In this document: one piece after another, positions 12,700 to 24,873 of the stretch
Numbering within the stretch: the stretch's first letter is position 1
How the letters are laid out: every line of letters starts with the position of its first letter
Source of the DNA: Octopus vulgaris
Taxonomy: Eukaryota
Length of the DNA: 64,000 nt
Assembly: GCA_951406725.2 (NCBI GenBank)
Contig: OX597815.1
Coordinates: forward strand, 36,332,001-36,396,000
Reading direction: 5' to 3'
Notes under the pieces: model-generated
Told to the model about the DNA's origin: nothing
The model's input: the letters and a program-made list of their open reading frames with translations, nothing else
The model's database searches: none
Position numbers and translations under genes: made by a program

Positions 12700-13430
12700 G
12701 TGTATGCAACCTGCCCTCATCTACTCTCTCAGTTACTGTGCCTGTTCTGTACCTTCTCATTCTCTTATCCTTTCTTCTACTCATCAAGCTATGCTACTCA
12801 CAATTGAAAGAAAAATACTCAATTTGTGCACACTGAATATTTCTCTTCTTCACACCTCCACCAACTATATCCTGCTACTCCAACTTACCCCTCAGTTATG
12901 ATCATTGAACAGAGAGAGATTACTCTGGCAACTTTTACCATCCACCCTGATTCTGATGCCCTGATTGTTGCAATGCACTTTTGGTGATGTTACCTTGAAA
13001 ATATGGCCCAATTCTTAATTGTCAAGTACCACATTATCTACCCATACATAACATGGAGGAGCATAGCATTTTCTCCTATTCAACCCTCCCAATTGTCCTA
13101 TTCAAGAGCCTTGTTTCAGGGGGGGGGGTGTACCAGGGGACAAGTCTCCCTTACTATTTCCCAATTAAAAAACAAAGTACCACCATCAATCCAGGTGGTA
13201 TGTTGCATAGTACCAAACTGGCGCAGGAGGAGCTTCACATTTTTAAGGCAACTGAGGCCCCTCGTCCTATCACTAACTTCCTCTCACTAGCCTTAACACT
13301 ACTTTTCATTTTCCCTCTTGTTACACTTTTTCCTTAACACCCTTTGTGTGAATCTCTTCCCCCCAGCACCCTTTCTCAGTTAAAAGTATAGTAACTCCAA
13401 TATAAACTGTCTTGGACTCTGATGAACAAT
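12700..13430 (+). mobile_element. Possible highly degraded Penelope-like element remnant
   Basis: Weak peptide echoes across frames (VKYHIIYPYI, LPIVLFK, EELHIF) of PLE RT-linker/GIY-YIG motifs, and an isolated CTGATGA at ~13418. No continuous ORF. Confidence 0.25.
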
Positions 13431-15243
13431 CCTAGTGTTAGGAAGATGGTTTCATTGTAAAGTCAATGCTAGCATGAAACAATGGGATGAGCAGCCAGAT
13501 GACGAAAGGGAATATGATATATGCATATCTATATATGCACAAATACATACATACACATGTAAGAATGCATCTAATTACACATATATCATCATCATCATCA
13601 TTGTTTAACGTCCAATTTCCATGCTGGCATGGGTTGGACGGTTTGACTGAGAACTAGCAAGCCAGCAGGCTGCACCAGGTTACAATCTGATCTGGCAAGG
13701 TTTCTACAGCTGGATACCATTGCTAATGCCAACCACTCTGAGAGTGTAGTGGGTGCTTTTTATGTGCCACTGACACAGGGTGGCTCAGGCATTGACCATG
13801 CTTGAATGGTTCTTTTTACATGCCACAGGCACAGGAGCCAGTCAGGCTGGCAGGAGCATATAAAAAATTGAGTGTGTACATGTGCGAAAATAGGTACACA
13901 CACACACATAAGGTGCAGGCATGGTTGTGTGTTTAAATAGTTAACTTGCCAACTAAATAGTTTTGGGTTCAGTCCCAATGTATGCACCATGTGCAAGTGT
14001 TTTCTACTAAAGCCTTGAGTAGATTTGGTAGATGGAAACTGAAGGAAGCCCATTACTGCGTGTGTGTGTGTATGCATGCATATTTGTGTTCCCTTGTTTT
14101 GGCATGCGTAAGCAAGTCACTCTCACACAAGTGGTGTCATTCATTTTGTGTCTTTCATGAAAAAATATCAGGTGGGGCATCTGGCGGTAAAAAATGTGCT
14201 CAGCAAATTCTGTTGATTTATATACAAGTATGGAAAAGTGGATGTGATGATGATGATGATAATATAATGCTTTATTGGGGCTGCAAAACTTCCCAAACTG
14301 TTACTCAGTGTTTCACATAACTGATCATCAAACTTCTGCCTGATGATCAGTTATGTGAAACAGGTATGTGAAACAGTTTGTGAAGCGTTTTAGTTTCAAC
14401 AAAATCCTGATATTCCAGTAGTATTTTCTTCACCTTGTTTTGCACCTATGAATTCACAATGTTTATATGCGCATGCACACACACTTGTATAGATAGAGAG
14501 AGAGAGAGAGAGAGAAGGAAGCTGACAGAGAGAGTGAGTTAGTGTCAGAGGCTTTCTGCAATAGAAATTATGCAATACCTTGAACCTAGTCAATTAACTG
14601 ATTAATAGAGAGCAGCAAACACAAACATATCAAGATAGGGTAAAACATGGAAAGTTGAGAGAAGGAAAGGGAAGGAAGGAGGGAGGGAGAAAGAGAGATT
14701 TTGGATAGATGTCAGTTATAACAAAATGAAAGAATAAAGCTGGTGTGTATGTGTGTGTGTATTATATGTAAGAAAGGGAGAGAGAGAGAATATGTATACG
14801 TATGTGCATGTGTGTGTTTATGTACACTGGATTTGGTGTTCAAATCTGTGTTTCATATGTTTATGTTGGTGTGTATACAAATTGGGTAAAGGTGTCTGTT
14901 TCTTAAATTGTGTGTGTGTGTGTGTGTGTATGTATACATATATGTATGTGTGTGTCTATGTATGTGTGTGTGTATTGATGCTAGATTGTATTTAGTTGAT
15001 ACCTGGGGTCTCTTCTCATACTGTGCAAATAATTAACAAAGCAAACATGTTCTTTAACCAATTCAGAAAAACATGCCACTGTTAAATGGGGGTGAAAACC
15101 TGAGTATAGCAACTGCAGCTAATCAAATTGTGTGTGTGTGTACGTGTGTGTGAGAGAGAGAGAGAGAGAGAAAGAGAAAGAAGATATGCAGGTATGTATG
15201 CACATATAATCAATATGTACATATACACATGCATGTGTGTAAG

Positions 15244-15287
<44 letters not shown>

Positions 15288-15862
15288 CATAACAATATCT
15301 TATAAAAACAAAGCGCAGAGCACTCTAAAGTGTTATGGTCCTAACTAGAAGATATACATTCCCCCCACTGTCACCATCACTACCTTTACCTTTCCCACCT
15401 CCAATCTGTGCTGGATGCACCTTACCGAAGAAGAAAACAACATAAAAAGCTTTTAAAAATTAATAGCTGGATGGTGATGGTATAAAGAAAGTAAAATTCT
15501 TTGCTTAAGGGCTCCATAAGCTAATGCAGCGAGTTTCAACACAGTGGCTTGTAGGGCTAGAAATAACAACCAAATCATTCTCAAATCACATCCTTCTGTA
15601 TTGAATAACACGCCCTTTGTAGAATATGACTGAGAAAAATTATGGCATAATCTTAGCTGGAACACCTCTGATCTTAGTTCAATTTGATCATGGTTGATCG
15701 GACTCTAAACAATGACCACTAACTATCACTAAATGCTAACAGAGAAATGTAGTTTCTTTTATTTTTTAAGGGTTTACGTTAATTTCAGTTTATTCATGCT
15801 TCTTCTATGGAAGTTTAGTAATATCTGAAAATTAATAATTACAGCTTACAGAAATCACTTAC

Positions 15863-15911
15863 CAAAATAAAACTTCTTTTTCGGCATGGTTTATGGTTTA
15901 TATATTTGAAG
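15863..15911 (-). other. Candidate 49-nt spliceosomal exon, possibly start-codon exon MPKKKFYF(phase 1)
   Basis: Minus strand reads pyrimidine tract ..TTAATCTTTTTTAG|CTTCAAATATATAAACCATAAACC-ATG-CCG-AAA-AAG-AAG-TTT-TAT-TTT-G|GTAAGT: consensus donor and acceptor in non-repetitive sequence. Confidence 0.4.
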
Positions 15912-16004
15912 CTAAAAAAGATTAATAAAAAGAAAGTTGAATAAATTTATACATAAGTACATACTGAATAAATAAATAAACACACACACACACACATATA
16001 TATA

Positions 16005-16206
16005 AAGTTAATCCAAACATGAAAACACAAAGAGAAAACACAACAACGCGAGGACGTGGGTCAAATATAGTATTATTGGACGCTCAGGAAGGAAGGGAAG
16101 AAGGAGGGTTTAACGTTTCGAGCGGAACTCTTCGTTAGAAACATAGGAAAAGGGAAGGGAAGACGGAGGGGAAAAAAATCACCAACGGTACACACGCGGT
16201 CACATG
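16005..16206 (-). mobile_element. Penelope-like pLTR fragment with mutated minimal hammerhead (16107-16143)
   Basis: Minus strand GTTT-CTAACGA-A-GAGT-TCC-GCTC-GAAA-CG-TT-AAAC (core CUGANGA with G5>A). Abuts a (CA)n(TA)n tract. Confidence 0.6.
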
Positions 16207-17886
16207 ATTTTATATATTTAACTTTCCAATTAAATTGGAAGTAGATTTATGGATGGATGAATGGAAAAAGTGACTGATTATGTAATGTAGAAAAGAGGAA
16301 GAAAACAAGGTACTCAATACTGAAAGTAGAGTAGTGCAATTCATTGGAGTTTGAAATTTCATAAATCACTACTCTGTTCTGGCTCATCTGTACTTGTCAA
16401 ACTGTCCAACCTACGCCAGCATGGAAAAAAGAATGATGATGATGATGATGGTGGTGATGATAATGATTACTGAGAGCTTCTCAGTAATGAATAGCATGCT
16501 CATTGTGTAACTAATTTCATCTTTTTTTTTTTTTATAATTGTCTGGAGATCGTTAAGGGATGGCTTTCCCTTGGATGTTTGTGTGCAAGTAGCAGTACCC
16601 ATCAGACATAACAGCCACATTTTATTGTAAATTTTAGATAAGCTTTGTTGAAGGTAACTGATCAGAGTTTTCCTCACCCTGAAAAGGAAGGTCAATTTTT
16701 GGAAAAGGCACACTCTTCCTGTAACTTGAGGGTATGCCCTGATACCTTCTCACTATCTTCTCTCGTTTTCCAACTGGGACAACCATGTGTCTCCTCTACA
16801 GCAAGACACCTATTTCTGTCCCTCTGTCATAATTTAACCTCTCATCATCTGGCATAAAGCCACCTCCTTCAATACGGTAACTCCTCAATCAAGCGGGTTT
16901 TGTTTTGTGAGTAACTTGGTATGAAAGGGCATCCAGCCATATAAACCATACCAAAGCAAATACAGCTTAGTGCAGCTGTCTGACTTGTCAGCTTGTCAAA
17001 CTGTCCAACCCCTGCCATGGAAGGAGGACATTAAATAATGATAATGATGATGTGATGCTGCACTGGCAAGTAATCAAAATTTTATCTGTTTCAGGTGCTA
17101 TGTCATTTTTATTGTTTCCTTACTTAGAAGTTCAAATCTTCATCAATAAAACAGCAGTCGAAGGGATTCTATAAGATGTTTATAGTTTGACATGAAAGCA
17201 TCAGAACCAAAGAAATAGAAATGAAGATTGTTCAGCTGTTAAAACATGAGATCTGTTCTTGTTTTAGACAATCAGTTTAAGCCTTAGAATTCTTGTATAG
17301 GAAAATCAAAGATCTCTGATGATTATGTAAAAAAAAAAAAAAAAAAAAAAAACATGGATGAAAATGAAATTGCTGAGAGTGGTGAGAACTGCAAATAACA
17401 CTTGCTGGATGCATAAAAGATTTGTCTCAATGATAGAAGATACATAAAGTACAAAGCAGTTAACAAAAGACCCAGTATGAAGTGATTAGATCTCACCGAG
17501 ATATACACACAGCCAACCCATAGCAAAACAGCATTATAACGCAGAATATAAAGAACCAGAAGGAATGCCAGTAAGCATTTTATCCAATGCACTTACGATT
17601 CTGCGATGTTGATGTTGATGATGATGATGATGTGAAGAAGAAGTTGATGAGAGTTTGACTGAAGAGAAATGTGTCTTTCCTTAATCCTTTCAGACTTGAC
17701 CAATACACGACCTCTTTCCTCATAGCTACTAGACAGAGGAACACCACCTGCCCTGCCAATAGTCAACTTCATCCCACATGTGATAACAGCTGTTCATTGT
17801 AACTCCACAAGTCAGTAATACGCGTACACTGCATGAGTGCATGCAGAATGGTTTTGTCTGTGTGTATTTTGGACAGTCCAACCTGA

Positions 17887-17996
17887 TAGCGCTTCCATGC
17901 CTGTAGGGTTTATCTCAAACTGGAAGTGCTCCTGTCTCTAAGACATATATAGAGCACTCCCAGTTTGAGACAAACCCTAGAGGCATGGAAGTGTTA
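17887..17996. repeat. Small fold-back element / MITE (~45-bp arms)
   Basis: Arms 17887-17931 and 17952-17996 with ~5 mismatches. Right end GTG-TTAA suggests a TTAA-targeting MITE. Confidence 0.75.
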
Positions 17997-18266
17997 ATAG
18001 TCCTTTCTACAACAAGCACAGCCTGAAATTTTGGGGTGGAGGGGGGGTGGAGGCAAGGCAATTACAATGACTCCTCACTCCCACCCCTTACCCACCCAGT
18101 AGTTAACTGGTACTTATTTTATTGACACCAAAAAGATGAAATGTCAAGTTGATCTTGGCAGAATTTGAACTCAGAATGTAAAGACAGATAAAATGCAACT
18201 AATCTGCCAGCTAATAATAATGTCACCAATATTATCTTTTTATGCACAATAGTATATTCTCTTTGA

Positions 18267-18495
18267 AAGGTGGGCGAGCTGGCAGAAACGTTAGCACATC
18301 GGGTGAAATGTGTAGCCGTATTTCGTCTGTCGTTACGTTGTGAGTTCAAATTCCACCGAGGTTGCCTTTCGTCCTTTCGGGGTTGATAAATTAAGTACCA
18401 GTTACGCACTGGGGTCGATGTAATCGACTTAATACCTATGTCTGTCCTTGTTTGTCCCCTCTATGTTTAGCCCCTTGTGGGTAATAAAGAAATAG
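18267..18495 (+). mobile_element. Full-length SINE family A; further near-intact copies at 31852-32085(-) and 39568-39801(-)
   Basis: 15-bp TSD GTATATTCTCTTTGA (18252-18266 / 18496-18510), head GGCGAGCTGGCAGAAACGTTAGC..GAGTTCAAATTCC, central GCCTTTCRTCCTTTCGGGG..GATAAATTAAGTACCAG domain. Confidence 0.9.
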
Positions 18496-19523
18496 GTATA
18501 TTCTCTTTGAGTGAAATGCAGCAACCATTTGTAGCAGATAGTTGTATCTGCTACAAATAGTAGTCAAATCGTTTTGATGTGTATTTTTCCATGCTGGTAA
18601 TTATGTGTATACAGCAATGTGATGTATATAGCATTTAGTGAAGTAATTAAGGTAATGATAGTAATAGAAATCACTGAGGTGACAGCTTCTATAGTATTTA
18701 CAGTTGTAGAAACACAGTACCCTAGCATAAATACTCAAAACAAAACAGATAACAATATTTCCTGTCATTGATTCGTTAACTTTAAGATAAACTCTAAACC
18801 TAAGACTAATCTTAGTTCAACTTACACTTAAACCCTAATCTTTTACTAATTCCATACAAGCATTTACAGTAACCCCTAATATATATATAATCAAGCTGAA
18901 CTATGGAAGCTGCAGTCAACATTTGCATTAATGAAAATTGAAAGCAACTTTCAGAAAATAACTTGCTAAACTCCAATAAATTGTATTTTAATTACTAACA
19001 ATTATTTAATTATTTCCTTGAGGCAGAAGAGAAATAAATTAATTTTGTTCATGTATCTGGCATTAATTAAAAAAATAGGCTAATTTAATGAACGTTTTCT
19101 ACAGAGAGACAAAGAGACAGAAGGAGATCATTCATCTTCCAACTCAAAGTCTGTAGTTTTATAGGAGTTAATGGCTTGTTGTATTTATTACATGCCATTA
19201 ATAAGAGAGAGTGTGTAAGTGCCTGCACATAAGTACACGAAAAGTCTTGTGCAGAGACTGAGGAAACATAGCATGATTAATTAACTGAATTATGGACTAA
19301 TCCAAAATTCCTGCAAGAACATAAGGGCCAGTTCTGTAGCATTAAGGAGGTAAAATACTGTTTATATGTAATGTAAGCAATCTAACTAATGAGTGCACAA
19401 TCTTGCTCATAAGAAAGTTAATGATATCAAACAAGGTCGAAGTAGCCACACTTCATTGGTTCAGTTCATATGTTTTTTCACTGGCTGAATCACACTGTAT
19501 TATAGTAAAATTAAATATATATA

Positions 19524-19765
19524 CAATTTCAGCGTAGAAGGTATTTATAAGCCATTTAAGAAACATACAAAAACTGTTAGATTCACTTCAACATTTAAAT
19601 TTAATTTGTCAAAATATTTTCGTTGCTTTGAGACCGCGACCAGTTCACTGACAAAATTCCGTGCTGCATATAAATGGCTTATAAACACCTTCCACACTGC
19701 AATTGTTTTCATTCTAGCACATGATGATCTCAGATCAGGTCACTTGCTATGCAAGTACATCTCTG
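19524..19765. mobile_element. Non-autonomous Penelope-like insertion (inverted pLTR + truncated sense copy) with hammerhead motif on minus strand (19605-19655)
   Basis: 12-bp TSD TAAATATATATA. Same family as 20753-21084 and 53769-53984. Confidence 0.75.
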
Positions 19766-20752
19766 TAAATATATATATTTTTATACTAAATCATCTAAAT
19801 ATATTTATACAGGGTATTATATAATTATTGTGGTATATTCATGTGTAAGTTATATTATCAAATGAGAAATACCGAACAACCATAAATAAAATAATGTAAC
19901 ATTGGTATAAAACAAATCTGACAGACCATTGGAGGTCTAAATTGGAATACTTCCACTGTTGAATATTTTAGTAATTAGTTACAGTGAATGGCTCCTGAGA
20001 GTTTTGCAGATTCTTTGGAGACTTGTAAAACAGATGGAGCTGATGTTCAATTGGAATTTAAGCATATTATTGATGTTTTTTGTAGAAAAGACAAATATAA
20101 GAGAGAAAATTCTAGATTTCTTGTTTTAGGACCGATCAAAGTGTTTAGAGTGAAGTTGGTGGAGGGAGACATTAAGGATGACAAGAAGAAGATAAGTGAA
20201 TAGGAAAGTGTATCAGAGTGATCAGAAGTACGGCTGTGAATCAGTGGTTGTAAGATACTGATAAAGGAATCTTAGCCAATCAATCAGTTAGCATTTAGGG
20301 AGGTAGAGAATGTAATTGACAATGTTTGTGCCTGTAGTAGCTGTACCATCCCAGATATATGAGCTGGTAAATTCTTTCCTGCAGAAATATCTTACAGTAA
20401 GTTAAATTTTCTTCTGAAGACTCAAGTTTTGTTTTTCTCTCTTATTTCTTTCTTTTTTTTCTATTTTGCTTTTTCTCTCTGCCTTGTTTCTTTGTCTCTC
20501 TTTGTCTTTCTCTGCCCTTAGCTTTCTCTCTACTTCTATCAAAATACTTAGTAAATGCCCCACCACTTATCCAATTCCAGACATTAATTCTCTGTAACAT
20601 AATGCAATAAAATGTTCCCTGAAGATCCATTACAATTAAACAACCAATTGCACTTGGAAAATCCAATGCAGGGTTCTGAACAACCACAATGGTGGAACAC
20701 AAAGAGGGACAAATGATATAAACTTGTGTTTGTCATAATTTCTCCTAGTTTT

Positions 20753-21084
20753 GCAGCGTGGAAGGTATTTATAAGCCATTTAAGAAACACACAAAAACTG
20801 TTAGATTCACTTCAACATTTAAATTTGTCAAAATATTTTCGTCACTTTGAGACTGCGACCTGTTCAAGATTGTGCACTCATTAGCATGGAGTTTTGTCAG
20901 TGAAGAAGTCGCGGTCTCAAAGCGACGAAAATATTTTGACAAATTAAACTTAAATGTTGAAGTGAATCGAACAGCTTTTGTGTGTTTCTTAAATGGCTTA
21001 CAAATACCTTCCATGCTGCAATTCTTTTTGTTTCAGTACACGATCTCAGATCAGGTCACTTGCTATACAAGTACATCTCCATAA
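20753..21084. mobile_element. Palindromic Penelope-like insertion (~115-bp inverted arms + ~60-nt tail) with hammerhead motif 20893-20943 (+)
   Basis: 12-bp TSD TCTCCTAGTTTT (20741-20752 / 21085-21096). Motif TTTGTCA-GTGAAGA-A-GTCGC-GGTCTCAAA-GCGAC-GAAA-ATATTT-TGACAAA. Confidence 0.8.
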
Positions 21085-21540
21085 TCTCCTAGTTTTATTT
21101 TTTTAATACCGGACCTCAAAAATATAGTCAAAATTTAAGTTGGATATTTGATTAGAAAAATGATTTATCAAAAATACTATGAACTAGTTCAGAATAAAAG
21201 ATCAAAGCTGCTAAAATAAATGAAATGTGGTAAAGATATAATAAATTTAAGGACAAAAAAACACAAGGTAATGTTTGCAGCGAATTTGAGCATCTGATCC
21301 ATGAATAGGTAGTCCAATAGCAAATGGTCATGACTTTTTTTGTTGTTGCAGATCTCCAAATCTGGTGAGAGGAAAAGGAGAAGTTATCTTCAAATTGGAG
21401 ACTTGAACTTGAATGCCCGCTTGTGCACATGCATATGTGCACACACATACTTTGATTTCATCTTGATATTTTATGAGTCAACAAAAACAGGCATTCATGA
21501 ATTAATTAACTGAACGTAGTTAGTTATTATTAATAAAATT

Positions 21541-21705
21541 CAATACTATTATATTCTCATAATAGCCAAATTACTAATTAATTTCATATCAGGAGTTGAG
21601 AGCCAACCCTGGCAATCATCAGGTTTCTGATAGCTGCTGGGGTTGGTTCTCAGCTTCTTGTATGAAATCAACAAGTAATTTGGCTATTATGAGGTTACAG
21701 TATTG
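21541..21705. repeat. Imperfect palindrome (~80-bp arms)
   Basis: CTCATAATAGCCAAATTACT..ATCAG-GTTT-CTGAT..AGTAATTTGGCTATTATGAG. Confidence 0.8.
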
Positions 21706-21918
21706 TTACAATAAATCCTTCTAATTTTGGCACAAGGTCAGACATTTTCAGAAGAGTTGGAAAGTTGACTACATTGATCCTGAATGGATGAAAGGCAATG
21801 TTGAACTCAGTGGAATCTGAGCTCAGAATGTAAAGATTTGGAAGAAATGCTGCTAAACATTTTTGATCAACTCATGACCTTAACAACAACAACAACAACA
21901 ATAATAATAATAATAATA

Positions 21919-24873
21919 TATCCTCAGGAAAAGATTCAAGGATATAAGAATTACAAGAACAGAGACCAAGCTAGTGAATTTAAGAAGCTTTGACCTTAAC
22001 AACGTGAAATGCATGACCCAAAAACTTGATGAGACTCTGAAACACATTCTGACAAAAGATCTAACAGAAACAAGGGACTTGATCAGATCCGCTTCAATTT
22101 TAGTAGGTGAACTGGTTGGAAAGAAAGAGAGGAAAGTAGATGGTCAGAAGGAGCCATGGTGGAAGCGGAGAATTAAAGCCGATATTCTAACTCTGCGTAA
22201 AGATGTGAATTGCATAAAAGAGTGGTCAAAAGGACAATGGAAAAGAATATGCAAGGGCATATCTTGACACGAAGTACCAAATAGAAAAGAAAAGGTTCAA
22301 ACTTTCATCAAAACTCTTAAACAACATGTGTGAGCTAAAACAAACATTAAAGTTACAGTGCTACACTGATTGCATATCACAGTTCCAGCAAAACTGGTTA
22401 TTCTCAAATAACCAAAGGCAGTTTTTTTGAGGGCTTAGGAGGAAACACAGAAAATAATACACCTCCTGAAGCAGAAGAAACCTGCCAATTTTCGAATAAC
22501 ATCTGGGAGCAAGAAGTTTCGCACAACCACAGTGCTGAGTGAATTCATTCTGTGAGATTCAAACTCCACCACTTGGAGGATCCACGACAGGACCATGCGT
22601 GCATAAGAACAGATGTCATTGCACAGGTATCAAAATTGCCAAACTGGAAAGTAACAGGACCAGAAGGAATTCAAGGCTACTGGTCCAAGTGGTTTAGGTC
22701 AATATACAAGAGAATTGTGTTGCAATTAGACAATTGCCTACAGAGCGGTACTGTTCTGGAGTGGATGGTAGAGGGAAGAACAACATTGTTAATGAAAGAT
22801 TGGTCAAAGAGCAATGAGTTTGGCAATTACCAACCCATTGCTTGTCTTAACCTCCTGTGGAAAGTATTAAAAAGTACCTTCGCGGGGAAAATATATACGT
22901 TCCTTGCAGGAAACAATCTACTGCCAGTAAAACAAAAGGGATGCTGAAAAGGATCCAAGGGCACCAAAGACCATCTTGTGATAAACAAGGTTATAATGAA
23001 GAACTGTAAACGGTACCAAAAAACTTATGCATGGCCTGGATAGACTTCAAAAAGGTTTACAAAATGTTGCTGCATTCATGGATTTTGGAAACACTTGACA
23101 TGTGTGGAATAGTTGAGAATGTGTGTGCAGTGATTAAAAACAGCATGGCTAGTTGAAAACGTGTCTTTCCTGTAACAACCAACACTTAGCCGAGGTAACA
23201 ATCAAAAGAGGTATCTTCCAAGGAGACTCTTGTTCACCTCTGTTATTTGTTATAGTAGTCTTGATCCCACTTTCTGTAGTCCTATGCAAAATCAACATGC
23301 ACTATGAGCTGAGAAAGAACGGACCTTGTCTCGACCATCTTCTCTCTTCATGGATGATTTAAAACTGTTTGCAAAAACAGAGCCTGAAATGGAGAGGCTG
23401 GTTGAGACTGTGCAAATGTGCAGCAAGGATTTAGAGATGGAATTCGGTATCTCAAAGTGTGCGGTGCTTACTTTGAAGTGAGGGGAAAGGGTAAATTGTA
23501 GGGACATAGAATTGCCAAATGGAGAGCGAATGGAAGATCTAGATGATGATGGGTATAAGTACCTTGGGATCCTGGAGTTGGACAATATCTTGCACAGAGA
23601 AATGAAAGACAAGGTCATTACTGCATATTTCAAGCACCTCAAACTTCTCTTGAAATCAAAACTCAACTCAAGGAACCTTGTGACTGCCATCAACATATGG
23701 GATGTTGCTGTAGTCCACTATAGTGGACACAAGCAGAGACTGACCAACTCGATCATACTACCTGAAAGACAATGACAATGCATGGTGCCCGCCGTCTTAA
23801 GGCAAATGTACACAGGCTCTACATGAAGAGAGGTAAGGGTGGATGTGGGCTGATTAGCATATGGGAGTGAGTGCATCAACAGTGAAAGAAGATACATGGT
23901 AGAATATTTGGTAAACAGCATAGAAGACCTGCTACAGTATGCTGCTAGTGCAGAAGGAGTTAACAAAAATTGACTTGTGAGTGCTCATGAATTCCAAACA
24001 AGAATAGCCAGTGAGAGAGAAGAAACCCTATTCCACATGGAATTACATGGTCAGTTCCACCATGAAACCAACAAATTAAAAGACCAGGAAGCATCATGGA
24101 GGTGGCTTAACAAGGGTGATTTAAAAAAGAATACCGAAAACTTAATCATCGCTGCCCAGGACCAGGCATTGAATACCAACTCAGTGAAAAAGAATATATA
24201 CTACACAGGTGCATTGGATCTCTGCAGAATGTGTGGGAAGAGGGTCAAAAGTGTGACTCACATTGTTAGTGCTTGTGAAAGTCATGTGCAGAAACAGTAC
24301 AAGCGTAGCCCAAAATCTTCACTGGCTACCATGCCATAAGTATGGATATGAGGTTATGGGTGCTTGGTACCAACATGCACCAGAAAAGGTAATGGACAAA
24401 AAGGGGAAGGCAAAAATCCTCTGGGACTTTGATTTCCAGACAGACAAAGTGTTTGAGTACTGAAGGCTGGATATAGTAACCTTTAGGGGGGACAAACAAG
24501 AGTGCCTAATAATCGATGTAGCAGTGCCAGGAGATCAACATATCATCATGAAAGAAAACGTTGATAAATATGGAGACCTGAGAATTGAGATTGCTAAGAT
24601 GTGGCAGCTACAAGAGTTGAACATAGAGGTTATGCCTATTATCATCGGAGCAGCGGGTTCAATACCACCCAATCTGAAAAAACATCTGAAAATCTTGGAG
24701 ATACCCTACAATCTAGATGTATTGCAAAAATCAGTATTACTTGAAATTACATGCATATTACATAAAATAATGTCTGTCTGAGGTCCTTGTGATTTGACAA
24801 ACAGTAAAACCCCCGGTAGACACAATATCTTCAATCAACAACCTCATGATATTGTATACTGTGCAACATCTAG
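21919..24873 (+). mobile_element. 5'-truncated, decayed R4/Dong-type non-LTR retrotransposon (RT + CCHC + restriction-like endonuclease)
   Basis: Frameshifted peptides NWKVTGPEGIQGYW, YQPIACLNLLWK, AWIDFKK, IKRGIFQGDSCSPLLF, FMDDLKLFAK, YKYLGILE, IIAAQDQALNT..CRMC..HIVSAC, KILWDFDFQTD, IIDVAVPGD, KYGDLRIEIAKMW. Flanked by (TAA)n on both sides. Confidence 0.92.

Noticed and set aside
19930-20330. LINE endonuclease remnant on the minus strand (..SRTSDHSDTL..)
   Set aside because: Similarity is too weak and fragmented to support a call.
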